Shown piece by piece: positions 1-9,374 of a DNA stretch of 64,000 nucleotides (positions within the stretch are counted from its first letter, which is position 1; each line of letters begins with the position of its first letter). The DNA is taken from contig CAZHMU010000001.1 in assembly GCA_964533825.1 (NCBI GenBank), positions 103,978 to 167,977 of the forward strand, read 5' to 3'. Both the position numbers and the translations under genes were made by a program. The notes below the pieces were generated by a model that was not told the origin of the DNA, searched no databases, and saw only the letters and a program-made list of their open reading frames with translations. This DNA is from an uncultured Oscillospiraceae bacterium (lineage in GTDB: Bacteria; Bacillota; Clostridia; Christensenellales; CAG-314).

Positions 1-2149
1 TGAGCTTGCTGGCGGTAGTGCAATCAAAGATTTGCAAGAGTTTTTAGTATCTTTCAAGCCTGCGGAAATCATCGCAAACAGTAGCGCGGTAAGTCTTTCC
101 AAAAGCCTTGAGTGTGTTCGCGCTGCCTACACGCCACAATTTTCTCCATACGATGATTTACACTTTGACAAAAAGTACGCTAAAGAAACAGTTCAACGCG
201 TTTACAAGGTTGCAACGTTGGATGGCTTTGGCCTTGGTGGCAAAAACCACGCAGTGACAGCTTGTGCCGCATTGCTTGACTACCTAAAGGAAACGCAAAA
301 GCGTGAGTTGCCGCATCTCAAAAACATCAAATACATCGACAAAAGTAAGTTTATGTCCATTGATATAAAGACGCGCAGAAATCTTGAACTTACAGTTTCC
401 TACCGCGAGAACAAAAAGACCGGCAGTCTTTTGTGGCTGTTGGACAAAACCCAAACTACAATGGGTGGACGTATGCTTGCCGATTGGGTGGATAGACCCC
501 TTCAAAAGGTGGGAGCCATCAACGCGCGTCTTGACGGTGTCGAAGAGCTTTATCGTGCCTATATGTTGCGTTCCTACATTGGCAAGGTATTACACGACAT
601 TGGTGATATTGAACGTATTGCTGGCAAAATTGCCTACAACAATGTCAACCCTAAAGAATGTGTAACATTGAAAAAATCCTTGTGTAAACTGCCAGAGCTC
701 AAGAAACTCTTAGCAGGGGCGCAAAGCAACATCGTTTGCGATATCGATCGCGCAATCGATCCACTGACAGAAGTTGCAGATTTGCTCGATCGTGCGCTTG
801 ATGATGACGCTCCCGCTGTTCCAAAGGATGGTAGCGAATACATCAAAAAAGGGTACGATGCTCGTCTTGATGAGTTGTTTGAGCTTGCTCACAATGGCGC
901 AGCGCTCTTGTCTGCAATGGAGCAACGCGAAAAAGAGACATCCGGTCTCAAGACTTTGCGGCTGGGCTTTAACAAGGTATTTGGTTACTACTACGAAGTC
1001 TCCAATTCCTTTTTATCCCAAGTGCCAGAGCACTTTATTCGCAAGCAAACTTTAACAACAGGCGAACGTTTTGTGACGCCAGAGCTCAAAGCGTTGGAAG
1101 ATAAAATGCTTTCTGCCTACGAGCAAAAAACAGCTTTGCAAAAGCGTTTGTTTGAACAACTGCGTGACAAATTGTTGCCATACATACCCACAATTCAATC
1201 AACCGCTCAGGCTATTGCAGCACTGGACTGTTTGTATTCCTTGGCAACAGTAGCAGAGGCAAACAACTATTGTAAACCACGCCTAAACAGCAGAAGTACC
1301 GAGCTCAAAATTGTCGACGGACGACATCCTATTGTCGAGGCATACATCAAACGTGACAACTTTATTACAAACGACGTTTTGCTTGACACTGCGGACAATC
1401 GTACAATGATTATCACTGGACCAAACATGGCCGGTAAAAGCACATTTATGCGCCAAGTAGCGTTGATTACACTTATGGCTCACATCGGTAGCTTTGTGCC
1501 AGCGAGCAGTGCAGATATCCCCATTGTGGACAAGATTTTTACACGTGTGGGAGCGAGCGATGACCTGGCATTTAACCAAAGTACCTTTATGGTCGAAATG
1601 GTAGAAGTTGCAAACATCCTGAACAACGCAACACAAAACAGCCTGATTATTCTTGACGAAGTTGGTCGTGGCACATCCACATTTGACGGGTTGTCCATTG
1701 CGTGGGCTGTTATGGAATACGTATCCAGCAACGTTAGAGCGAAAACTCTTTTTGCTACTCACTATCACGAGTTGACCGATTTGGAAGGTCGTGTTGAAGG
1801 GGTCAAAAACTATCGTGTAACCGTCAAAGAATTCAACGGAACGGTTGTGTTCCTGCACAAAATTGTACGTGGTGGCACAAACAAGAGCTTTGGTATCGAA
1901 GTTGCATCCTTGGCTGGAGTGCCGAGTGAAGTTTGTGACAGGGCGCGCGAAATTGTTGCCATGTTGGAAAACAGCAGCATCGACTACAACTTAGCAAATG
2001 TGCAAACACAAATCCAAAGCAAAGACAAAAATAAAACTGCAAGTGAAGTGGTGTCGATCCTTTCTGATATTGATATCAATCGTGTTTCTCCAATCGAGGC
2101 GTTTGACATTTTGAACACACTTGTAAACAAGGTAAATAACAATGAGTAA
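1..2149 (+). CDS. mutS: DNA mismatch repair protein MutS (5' end cut by window edge)
   Basis: Frame open from the window start. Walker A GPNMAGKST and DEVGRGTST motifs, MutS core and clamp regions. The stop overlaps the mutL start by 8 nt. Confidence 0.95.
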   Translation, partial: ELAGGSAIKDLQEFLVSFKPAEIIANSSAVSLSKSLECVRAAYTPQFSPYDDLHFDKKYAKETVQRVYKVATLDGFGLGGKNHAVTACAALLDYLKETQKRELPHLKNIKYIDKSKFMSIDIKTRRNLELTVSYRENKKTGSLLWLLDKTQTTMGGRMLADWVDRPLQKVGAINARLDGVEELYRAYMLRSYIGKVLHDIGDIERIAGKIAYNNVNPKECVTLKKSLCKLPELKKLLAGAQSNIVCDIDRAIDPLTEVADLLDRALDDDAPAVPKDGSEYIKKGYDARLDELFELAHNGAALLSAMEQREKETSGLKTLRLGFNKVFGYYYEVSNSFLSQVPEHFIRKQTLTTGERFVTPELKALEDKMLSAYEQKTALQKRLFEQLRDKLLPYIPTIQSTAQAIAALDCLYSLATVAEANNYCKPRLNSRSTELKIVDGRHPIVEAYIKRDNFITNDVLLDTADNRTMIITGPNMAGKSTFMRQVALITLMAHIGSFVPASSADIPIVDKIFTRVGASDDLAFNQSTFMVEMVEVANILNNATQNSLIILDEVGRGTSTFDGLSIAWAVMEYVSSNVRAKTLFATHYHELTDLEGRVEGVKNYRVTVKEFNGTVVFLHKIVRGGTNKSFGIEVASLAGVPSEVCDRAREIVAMLENSSIDYNLANVQTQIQSKDKNKTASEVVSILSDIDINRVSPIEAFDILNTLVNKVNNNE

Positions 2150-4052
2150 AATCAAACTTTTAACTCCTGATGTCTACAATAAAATTGCCGCAGGCGAAGT
2201 GATTGAAAACCCTGTTGGCGTTGTAAAAGAGCTTGTAGAAAACAGCATTGACGCGGGAGCAACCAACATCATAATTGAAGTTGTCGATGGCGGATTTAGT
2301 TCCATCGGTGTAACAGACAATGGCTGTGGTATCGACTACGAAGATATTGACAGTGCCTTTGTTGAGCACGCAACAAGCAAGGTTGGTAGCCTTGACGACC
2401 TGTACTTTTTGCAAACTTTGGGTTTTCGTGGGGAAGCTTTGGCGAGTATTGCAGCAGTATCCAAAGTGCAGCTGACAACTCGTACAAGCGAAACAGAAGC
2501 CGCAATGCGTGTTGAAGTAGAAAATGGTCAAATTCTTTCTCGCGGATACGTTTCGGCAAATCTTGGTACAAAAATCGTGGTTCGCGACTTGTTTTACAAC
2601 ACGCCAGCACGCAAAAAGTTCCTCAAAACTCCCGCTCGCGAAGGCGCAGAAATTTCCAAATTTGTTGCAAAGCTCATTTTGACCAATCCTAAGCTACAAA
2701 TTTCCTACTTTCTCAACGGCGAACTTGTCTACAAAAATAGTGGCAAAGGCCTTGATGAAGCAATTTTTGCAGTGTACGGTGGTGAGGTTTTGGAAAAAAG
2801 CCTTGTTGTCAACGATAGCTGGGGGCTGATGAATATCCGCGGTTACGTTGGTAACACAACATTTAGTAAGCCTAACAAAAACTGGCAAACACTTTCTGTA
2901 AATGGCCGTTGCATAGTAGATACGCGCATTTCAGCATCCATTATGCAGGCATACAAAGGCTATTTGATGACTCGTCAATATCCATTTTTCGTGTTGGATT
3001 TGGAGATCCCTCCAGACCACGTGGATGTAAACGTTCACCCAAAAAAGAGCGAAGTGCGCTTTATGCAACACGACAAAGTTGCTGCATTTTTCTATAATGC
3101 CGTAACAAAAGTCTTGGTGAACTATATTGAAGAAAGTCGCAACGATCCATTTGGGCTTTACGGTCAGCGTCAAGAGCCCGCTGAGCCATTTGGTGTTGTG
3201 CCGGACAGTTTCAACTTGGATGACTTCCTTCACGACAAGGGTATTCAACTGATGACTACCCATCAAGCAGAAGATGTTTTGGGTATTGAGCAAGCGACTG
3301 AAGATATTGACAAAAAAGTCGTGGTAGAGCAAGAATTGCAGGATCTGTCCAAGCAGTTGTCTGTTGAGCAGGTTCGAAAAGATATGGGCTTGCCACCTTT
3401 GCCTGGCAAACGCAGAAAAAAGCCAATCGAAGATCCTCCAGTGGTGCAAATGTCTATCCCAGCACACGAAGATGCTGACGAAATTTTGTACAATCGTACA
3501 CGTATTTTAGGAGTTGCCTTTCGCACTTACATCATTTTGGAAATTGATGACAAGCTTATCCTTGTAGATCAGCACGCTGCGCACGAACGTATTTTGTTTG
3601 ACCAGTTTATGAAGTATCGCGAAGAGCAGCTTCAAGAAATCATGGTTCCATATGTGTTTAATGTAACGGACGAAGAAGACGAGTTTATCTGCAAAAATTT
3701 GGATAACATCAAAAAGGCTGGTTTTAAGGTGCAACCTTTTGGCAAAAACACCTACCGAATTGTTGCTGTTTCGCCAATGCTAATGAATGTACAACTGATG
3801 CAATTTGTTGACTATCTTTTGTCCTCTGTTGGCGAACTCAAATTTGACGAAGGGGAGTTTTTGGTGGAAAAAATCGCAAGCAGAGCTTGCAAAGCAGCTA
3901 TCAAAGCTGGCGATGTACTCAACAAATACGAAATTACATACATTTTGAAGCACGTCGTTGATGGCAGTGTATTGACTTGTCCGCATGGTCGGCCCATCAC
4001 AACAATCATCTCAAAAACCGATTTGGAAAAAATGTTCAAAAGGAAGGTTTAG
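2142..4052 (+). CDS. mutL: DNA mismatch repair endonuclease MutL
   Basis: GHKL ATPase N-terminus (VKELVENSIDAGA). C-terminal endonuclease motifs DQHAAHERILF and CPHGRP. Confidence 0.95.
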   Translation: MSKIKLLTPDVYNKIAAGEVIENPVGVVKELVENSIDAGATNIIIEVVDGGFSSIGVTDNGCGIDYEDIDSAFVEHATSKVGSLDDLYFLQTLGFRGEALASIAAVSKVQLTTRTSETEAAMRVEVENGQILSRGYVSANLGTKIVVRDLFYNTPARKKFLKTPAREGAEISKFVAKLILTNPKLQISYFLNGELVYKNSGKGLDEAIFAVYGGEVLEKSLVVNDSWGLMNIRGYVGNTTFSKPNKNWQTLSVNGRCIVDTRISASIMQAYKGYLMTRQYPFFVLDLEIPPDHVDVNVHPKKSEVRFMQHDKVAAFFYNAVTKVLVNYIEESRNDPFGLYGQRQEPAEPFGVVPDSFNLDDFLHDKGIQLMTTHQAEDVLGIEQATEDIDKKVVVEQELQDLSKQLSVEQVRKDMGLPPLPGKRRKKPIEDPPVVQMSIPAHEDADEILYNRTRILGVAFRTYIILEIDDKLILVDQHAAHERILFDQFMKYREEQLQEIMVPYVFNVTDEEDEFICKNLDNIKKAGFKVQPFGKNTYRIVAVSPMLMNVQLMQFVDYLLSSVGELKFDEGEFLVEKIASRACKAAIKAGDVLNKYEITYILKHVVDGSVLTCPHGRPITTIISKTDLEKMFKRKV

Positions 4053-4054
4053 TT

Positions 4055-4951
4055 ATGAAATCTTTCGTGGGCATTTCGGGCACAACCTGCGTTGGCAAAA
4101 GCGCTGTGGCTGTTGAGCTGGCAAAAATTTTGGGTTGCGAGATTATTTCTGCCGACTCCATGCAAATTTACGTTGGTATGGATATTGGCACTGCAAAGAT
4201 CACAGCGGAAGAGATGGGTGGCGTAAGGCATCATATGTTGGATGTGATTGAACCTAACTGTGATTTTTCTTCCTTTGAATATGCACAAATGGCCGGAAAA
4301 ATTATTGACAACCTTGCAGTAGCCCCCATCATTGTTGGCGGAACAGGTTTTTATTTTGATAGCCTGGTGTATCCCCCCGAGTTTAGTGGTGGCGACAAAG
4401 CTCGTAGAAAACAGCTCCAACAACTGCTTGCGGAAAAAGGCTTGGACTATTTGGTGCAATATCTCAATCAACTTGACCCAGAAACTTGCGCCAAGATTGA
4501 TACAAAAAATCCTGTGAGAGTTGTTCGCGCCATCGAAATTGCCGAAAGCGGTCAACAGCAATCACGCGGCACTACAAAAGGCAATCCACAGTATGAGGCA
4601 AAAATTTTTGTTTTACAACGCGATAGACAATCTCTTTACGACATGATTGACGAGCGTGTCGATGCGATGGTGCAGAAAGGCTTGGTTGCCGAAGTCAAAT
4701 CTCTTGTAGATAAATATGGCTATTGTCAAAACTCTGCTTTTTCTGCCATTGGTTACAAGGAAATCATCCAATATTTGCAGGGCAACTGTACGCTTGAACA
4801 GGCAATCGATCAAATAAAATTGAACACTCGTCACTACGCTAAAAGACAAATTTCCTATTTCAAGCGCATGCACATTGCAAAATTTATCAATGTTGAAGGT
4901 AAGACTGCGGCGGAAATTGCACAAGAAATTGCTAATTTTTTGTGCAAATGA
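4055..4951 (+). CDS. miaA: tRNA dimethylallyltransferase MiaA
   Basis: P-loop GTTCVGKSAVA and full-length MiaA-like sequence. ATG 4055 is preceded by AGGAAGG. The track start at 3977 lies inside mutL. Confidence 0.92.
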   Translation: MKSFVGISGTTCVGKSAVAVELAKILGCEIISADSMQIYVGMDIGTAKITAEEMGGVRHHMLDVIEPNCDFSSFEYAQMAGKIIDNLAVAPIIVGGTGFYFDSLVYPPEFSGGDKARRKQLQQLLAEKGLDYLVQYLNQLDPETCAKIDTKNPVRVVRAIEIAESGQQQSRGTTKGNPQYEAKIFVLQRDRQSLYDMIDERVDAMVQKGLVAEVKSLVDKYGYCQNSAFSAIGYKEIIQYLQGNCTLEQAIDQIKLNTRHYAKRQISYFKRMHIAKFINVEGKTAAEIAQEIANFLCK

Positions 4952-5093
4952 TATCCAAATGAAAAAGCAAAATTACTATATTTTTTATTGATTAGTTAAT
5001 ACACAATATTTCAACTATTTTGGCGGTCACTATTCTCAAAATTAGCCAAACGTAGAATACTATGTCTGTCATAATAGTGTAAGGAAAGAGAAA

Positions 5094-6314
5094 ATGAATG
5101 CAAAAGATTTGATTAGCAGTGCAAAAAAGCAGACGAAAGCTAAATTTGTACAACTTGACGAAATATCACTTTACAATCAAAAGAAGGTTCTCAATGCATT
5201 TGCAAAAAATAAGTTAGCTCTCCGGCACTTTTCGGGCACAAACGGCTACGGCTATGATGACGTGGGCAGAGATACTCTAAACCAAGTTGTTGCTGATATT
5301 TTTGGAGCAGAGAGCGCAGTAGCATCTCCAATGATTGCATCGGGCACACACGCGATTTCTCTTGCGTTGTTTGGCGTTTTGCGTCCAAACGATGTCGTTT
5401 TGTCTATTTGCGGACAACCATACGACACATTGCAGGACGTTATATACAAGGAAGGAATTGGCAGCCTTGCTGACTTTGGCGTACAATTCTCTACAGTCGA
5501 TTTGAAGGATGACGGTTCTTTTGATAAGGAAAAAATTGCCGAATTTATGCATAATAATGATGTAAAAATGATTTATTTGCAACGCTCACGCGGTTACGCT
5601 TGGCGCTCGGCTTTGACAATTTCCCAAATCGCAAACATTTCGCTGTTTGTGCGTAGCATCAAGGATGATGTTGTCATCTTTTGCGATAACTGCTATGGCG
5701 AATTTGTGGAAGAACTTGAGCCAACCCAAGTGGGCGTTGACCTTTGTGCGGGCTCATTTATCAAAAATATTGGCGGCGGAATTGCTCCAACTGGTGGTTA
5801 CATTGCGGGAAAACGCCATCTTGTTGATTTGGTGGGTGGCAGACTCACAGCGCCATCCGTTGGAACAGAAATCGGCTCCTATACAGGTGGTTATAGACTG
5901 TTTTACCAAGGTATTTTTATGGCGCCACACGTCGTAAATCAAGCTTTAAAGACAGCTTTGTTGTTTTCTACGGCCTTGTCCAACCTGGGTTATGAAACCT
6001 TGCCAAAGGCAAATGATGACCTTGGTGACATTGTTTGCTCAATCAAGCTTGGTTCTGCAGATAAACTCGTGCGTTTCTGTCAAGCAATTCAGGCTGTTTC
6101 GCCAATTGACGGCTACGTCACGCCTGAGCCATGGGATATGCCCGGTTACACCGACCCTGTAATAATGGCCGCTGGCTGTTTTGTGCAAGGCTCATCCATT
6201 GAGCTAAGTTGCGACGGTCCAATTCGCGCTCCATACACAGCTTACTTACAAGGCGGTTTGACAATCGAGCATGGTCTTTTGGCCTTGGAAAAAGTCCTTG
6301 AGGCGCTAATCTAA
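5094..6314 (+). CDS. ynbB: PLP-dependent C-S lyase, YnbB / methionine gamma-lyase (aluminium-resistance) family
   Basis: Full-length resemblance to the YnbB family that accompanies miaA/hflX in Firmicutes. RBS AAGGAAAGAG lies before the ATG. Confidence 0.78.
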   Translation: MNAKDLISSAKKQTKAKFVQLDEISLYNQKKVLNAFAKNKLALRHFSGTNGYGYDDVGRDTLNQVVADIFGAESAVASPMIASGTHAISLALFGVLRPNDVVLSICGQPYDTLQDVIYKEGIGSLADFGVQFSTVDLKDDGSFDKEKIAEFMHNNDVKMIYLQRSRGYAWRSALTISQIANISLFVRSIKDDVVIFCDNCYGEFVEELEPTQVGVDLCAGSFIKNIGGGIAPTGGYIAGKRHLVDLVGGRLTAPSVGTEIGSYTGGYRLFYQGIFMAPHVVNQALKTALLFSTALSNLGYETLPKANDDLGDIVCSIKLGSADKLVRFCQAIQAVSPIDGYVTPEPWDMPGYTDPVIMAAGCFVQGSSIELSCDGPIRAPYTAYLQGGLTIEHGLLALEKVLEALI

Positions 6315-6569
6315 TCCCCCAAGATTACCTACATCATCCCATATCCTGCGCGCATTAAAATTTTATATCAGGCAATTCATCATTCAATTTGACAATATAA
6401 AATCTGCGCAACAGACCGTTTTGATTGTCAAAAATTGTCAATTAGGTTTGCTTAAATTAATTTGATATGCAAATATCATCTAATAACAAAGCTCTAATGA
6501 GGCGCTAATTTAACCAGTTGGATCTCGAAAGCGCTTTTCAACCCCTTTCGAAAGTGGTAAAATGGGGCT

Positions 6570-6631
6570 ATCTCTTCGCAAAACCTGTCTTTTGCGAAGA
6601 GATACAAAGCCCTTTGTTTCTTAATTTTTTT
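6570..6631 (+). terminator. Strong hairpin plus T-run (terminator of the ynbB 3' region or of a small RNA)
   Basis: Perfect 14-bp stem 6570-6583/6590-6603 with a 6-nt loop. A second short hairpin (ACAAAG..CTTTGT) follows, then TTCTTAATTTTTTT. Confidence 0.5.
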
Positions 6632-6852
6632 AGAAAAAACTGGATTTGACCTGCAAAACACTTACTACCCTTTTGATTTTTTTGTAATTTCAAATTTCAA
6701 AACACGACTTTGAAGTGTAATAACACGCTGAACAACCAAATCGGTGCTACTTGGCAATATGATCTCGTCGCACCATCTTGAACTAATCATTATAAAAGCC
6801 ATCACTAACACAAATAACAAATACACCTTTTATTGGAAATTTAGGAGAACAA

Positions 6853-7920
6853 ATGTCGGAGTACTTTGACAAACGCGACATCAAAAATACGGACAAAATC
6901 GAAGAGATTCTGCAAAAGGATCTACCAGATTACTGTCGAGAGTATTTTGTTGGTATTTCTATGAATACCACAACCTTGACGCGCCTAAATTACGCCTACG
7001 ATATTCGCACATTTTTCAAATATCTGTGTAAAAAGGTTTATCGCTTCAAAGGTAAAACACCAAAAGATATTTCTTTGGTGGATATCGAAAACCTTTCGCC
7101 ATTTGAAATTGAGGCCTATCTCAACTATGTGGAAATTTATCGTGACGAAGATGGCAAGATTGTTAAAAATGGCGCTCGCGGAAAAGGTCGCAAACTTGCT
7201 GCATTACGCTCTTTTATCAAATACTTTGTCAAAAAGCAAGTAATTAGATACAACCCCACCGCAACCATTGACACACCTAAACTTCGCGAAAAGGAAATCA
7301 TCCGTTTGGAAGGTAGCGAAATTGCCACAATGATGGACGTGGTTGATACAGCTGAAGGCATGACTGACCACCAACAAAAATACCTTGAAAACACAAAAAT
7401 TCGCGACCTTGCCATCGTAAGCCTTTTGCTTGGCACTGGTATCCGCGTTAGCGAACTTGTGGGAATTGACATGGCCGACGTAAACTTTGACGATTTTAGC
7501 TTTGTCGTGACGCGAAAAGGCGGAGCTCGAGTAATTTTGTACTTCTCCGAAGAGGTGGCTGGCTATTTGTACGACTACTACCTTGCGCGCCTTGCGGACG
7601 AGTCCACCAAAGACCAGCCCGCATTGTTTTTGTCACTGCAAAAAAAGCGTATCAGCACGCGTGCTGTGGAAAATATTGTCAAAAAGTACAGCGAAGTTGC
7701 CACACCACTCAAACATATCACGCCACACAAATTGCGTTCCACTTTTGGTACACAACTTTACCGCAACACAGGTGACATCTACATTGTTGCCGACGTTTTG
7801 GGGCACAAGGATGTCAACACAACACGCCGTCACTACGCTGCAATCACTGACGATTTGCGTAAAAAGGCATCTACAAAGGTAAGCTTGTTTACACCAGATG
7901 GCGACGAGGAGGACAGCTGA
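6853..7920 (+). CDS. Site-specific tyrosine recombinase, XerC/XerD-like
   Basis: N-terminal SAM-like domain. Catalytic signature is intact: GIRVSEL (Arg), HKLRSTF (HxxR), LGHKDVNTTRRHY (His/Tyr). RBS is AGGAGAA. The stop overlaps the hflX ATG (TGATG). Confidence 0.88.
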   Translation: MSEYFDKRDIKNTDKIEEILQKDLPDYCREYFVGISMNTTTLTRLNYAYDIRTFFKYLCKKVYRFKGKTPKDISLVDIENLSPFEIEAYLNYVEIYRDEDGKIVKNGARGKGRKLAALRSFIKYFVKKQVIRYNPTATIDTPKLREKEIIRLEGSEIATMMDVVDTAEGMTDHQQKYLENTKIRDLAIVSLLLGTGIRVSELVGIDMADVNFDDFSFVVTRKGGARVILYFSEEVAGYLYDYYLARLADESTKDQPALFLSLQKKRISTRAVENIVKKYSEVATPLKHITPHKLRSTFGTQLYRNTGDIYIVADVLGHKDVNTTRRHYAAITDDLRKKASTKVSLFTPDGDEEDS

Positions 7921-9155
7921 TGAAAAGTACAACCATCACAAACGTCCTGCTTGTTTACGTTGAAACTCCCAACGCCAACATTGCCCAAGATTTGCACGAG
8001 CTTGAGGAGCTCATCAAAACGGCAAATGGCAAAATTGTGCTGACAGTTTCACAAAAGCGCAACACATTGGACCCCACTACCGTTTTGGGAATTGGCAAAA
8101 TTGAGGAGATCAAAAACAGTCTTGCAATGCTTGACGAAATTGAAGTTGCAATTTTCTCATGCGAGTTAGACTCTCAACAACGCAAATTCTTACAGAAGGA
8201 ACTCAATATTGATATCATTGATAAAATTGACCTAATTTTGGATATTTTTGCATTGCGAGCACAATCCGCAGAAGGCAAAAAACAGGTTGAGCTTGCTCAA
8301 CTAACCTACAATTTAGCCACAAAACCATCCAAAAACTTTTCGCGCCAAGGTGCAGGGATTGGCACACGTGGTCCAGGCGAAACCAAATTGGAAACAAACA
8401 AGCGACTTATTCGAGACAGAATCCACCATTTGCGTCAAGAGCTGAAAGCCATCGAACAGCACCGTGAACTTTCTCGCAAGGAACGAAAACGCAACCCCGT
8501 TTTTACCATTGCATTAGTTGGTTACACAAACGCAGGCAAATCGACCTTGTTCAATTTGCTCACACAAAATCAAGTGTATGCCGACAATAAACTGTTTGCA
8601 ACTCTGGATACAACCGTGCGCAAAAGTACTCTGCCCAATGGAATAAATGTGCTGTTTTGTGATACTGTTGGTTTTATCAAAGATTTGCCCCACCAACTGA
8701 TAAACGCCTTCAAGTCCACCTTGGAAGAGGCCGTTTTGGCGGATTTGGTGCTAAACGTCTGCGATATCTCTGACGAAAACGTCGAAAACCACATTGATGT
8801 TACCGAGCAGCTACTTGGTGAGCTGGGCGTAACGGCGCCGATTTTGCGTGTCTACAACAAGTGTGATATGGTGGAAAGTTTACCGGTTGTTCCAACCAAC
8901 CGCCCTACTATTTTTATTTCCGCAAAGACTGGTAAAAACGTTGACGTTTTGATGGAAGAAATACAAAAACGTACACAAACTGATTACGCCAAAATTGCAC
9001 TGAAAGTTGCAGTTGCAGAGTACGGCAAGCTTGTAACCTTGCTCAACAAGTACAACGCAAAATTTAGCGTAGACTTTGATGAATCAAACGCCAAAGTTTC
9101 TGCTACAGTACGCAGACAATATGTCGATAGATTTATGGACTACATTGTTATTTAA
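7920..9155 (+). CDS. hflX: GTPase HflX
   Basis: HflX N-domain plus G-domain motifs GYTNAGKST, DTVGF and NKCD. Confidence 0.92.
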   Translation: MKSTTITNVLLVYVETPNANIAQDLHELEELIKTANGKIVLTVSQKRNTLDPTTVLGIGKIEEIKNSLAMLDEIEVAIFSCELDSQQRKFLQKELNIDIIDKIDLILDIFALRAQSAEGKKQVELAQLTYNLATKPSKNFSRQGAGIGTRGPGETKLETNKRLIRDRIHHLRQELKAIEQHRELSRKERKRNPVFTIALVGYTNAGKSTLFNLLTQNQVYADNKLFATLDTTVRKSTLPNGINVLFCDTVGFIKDLPHQLINAFKSTLEEAVLADLVLNVCDISDENVENHIDVTEQLLGELGVTAPILRVYNKCDMVESLPVVPTNRPTIFISAKTGKNVDVLMEEIQKRTQTDYAKIALKVAVAEYGKLVTLLNKYNAKFSVDFDESNAKVSATVRRQYVDRFMDYIVI

Positions 9156-9169
9156 TCTAATAACAATTC

Positions 9170-9206
9170 AAAAATGGGATGCACAAATAAATTGCATCCC
9201 ATTTTT
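9170..9206 (+). terminator. Rho-independent terminator after hflX
   Basis: AAAAATGGGATGCA / TGCATCCCATTTTT stem followed by a T-run. Confidence 0.8.
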
Positions 9207-9227
9207 ATGCAAATTTAGATATTTTAT

Positions 9228-9241
9228 CGAACAAATAGTCT
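9228..9241 (+). promoter_or_regulatory. Candidate LexA (SOS) box upstream of lexA
   Basis: CGAACAAATAGTCT matches the recA-proximal box AGAACAAATATTCT at 12/14. It sits 8 nt upstream of the -35. Confidence 0.5.
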
Positions 9242-9249
9242 AAAATGTA

Positions 9250-9278
9250 TTGCAAAATTGCAAAATTTGTTGTATAAT
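9250..9278 (+). promoter_or_regulatory. sigma-A type promoter of lexA
   Basis: TTGCAA - 17 nt - TATAAT. Confidence 0.6.
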
Positions 9279-9374
9279 ACATGTGTAAATGACCAATTTC
9301 AGTTTTTGGCCTGAACAAGAATGGCATTGTTAGTGAGAGCTACTTGCTTTATCTACCATCGAAGGAGCATCCAA

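Noticed and set aside
6346-6375. TGCGCGCATTAAAATTTTATATCAGG, faintly resembling the E. coli dif XerC arm (GGTGCGCATAA).
   Set aside because: The right arm matches poorly (about 6/11) and the spacing is wrong.
6844-6857. AGAACAAATGTCGG at the recombinase RBS/start shares the 9-mer AGAACAAAT with the recA and lexA SOS boxes.
   Set aside because: The second half-site is absent (GTCGG against GTTCT). The shared 9-mer is explained by the RBS plus spacer plus ATG (GGAGAACAAATG). This is most likely coincidence.
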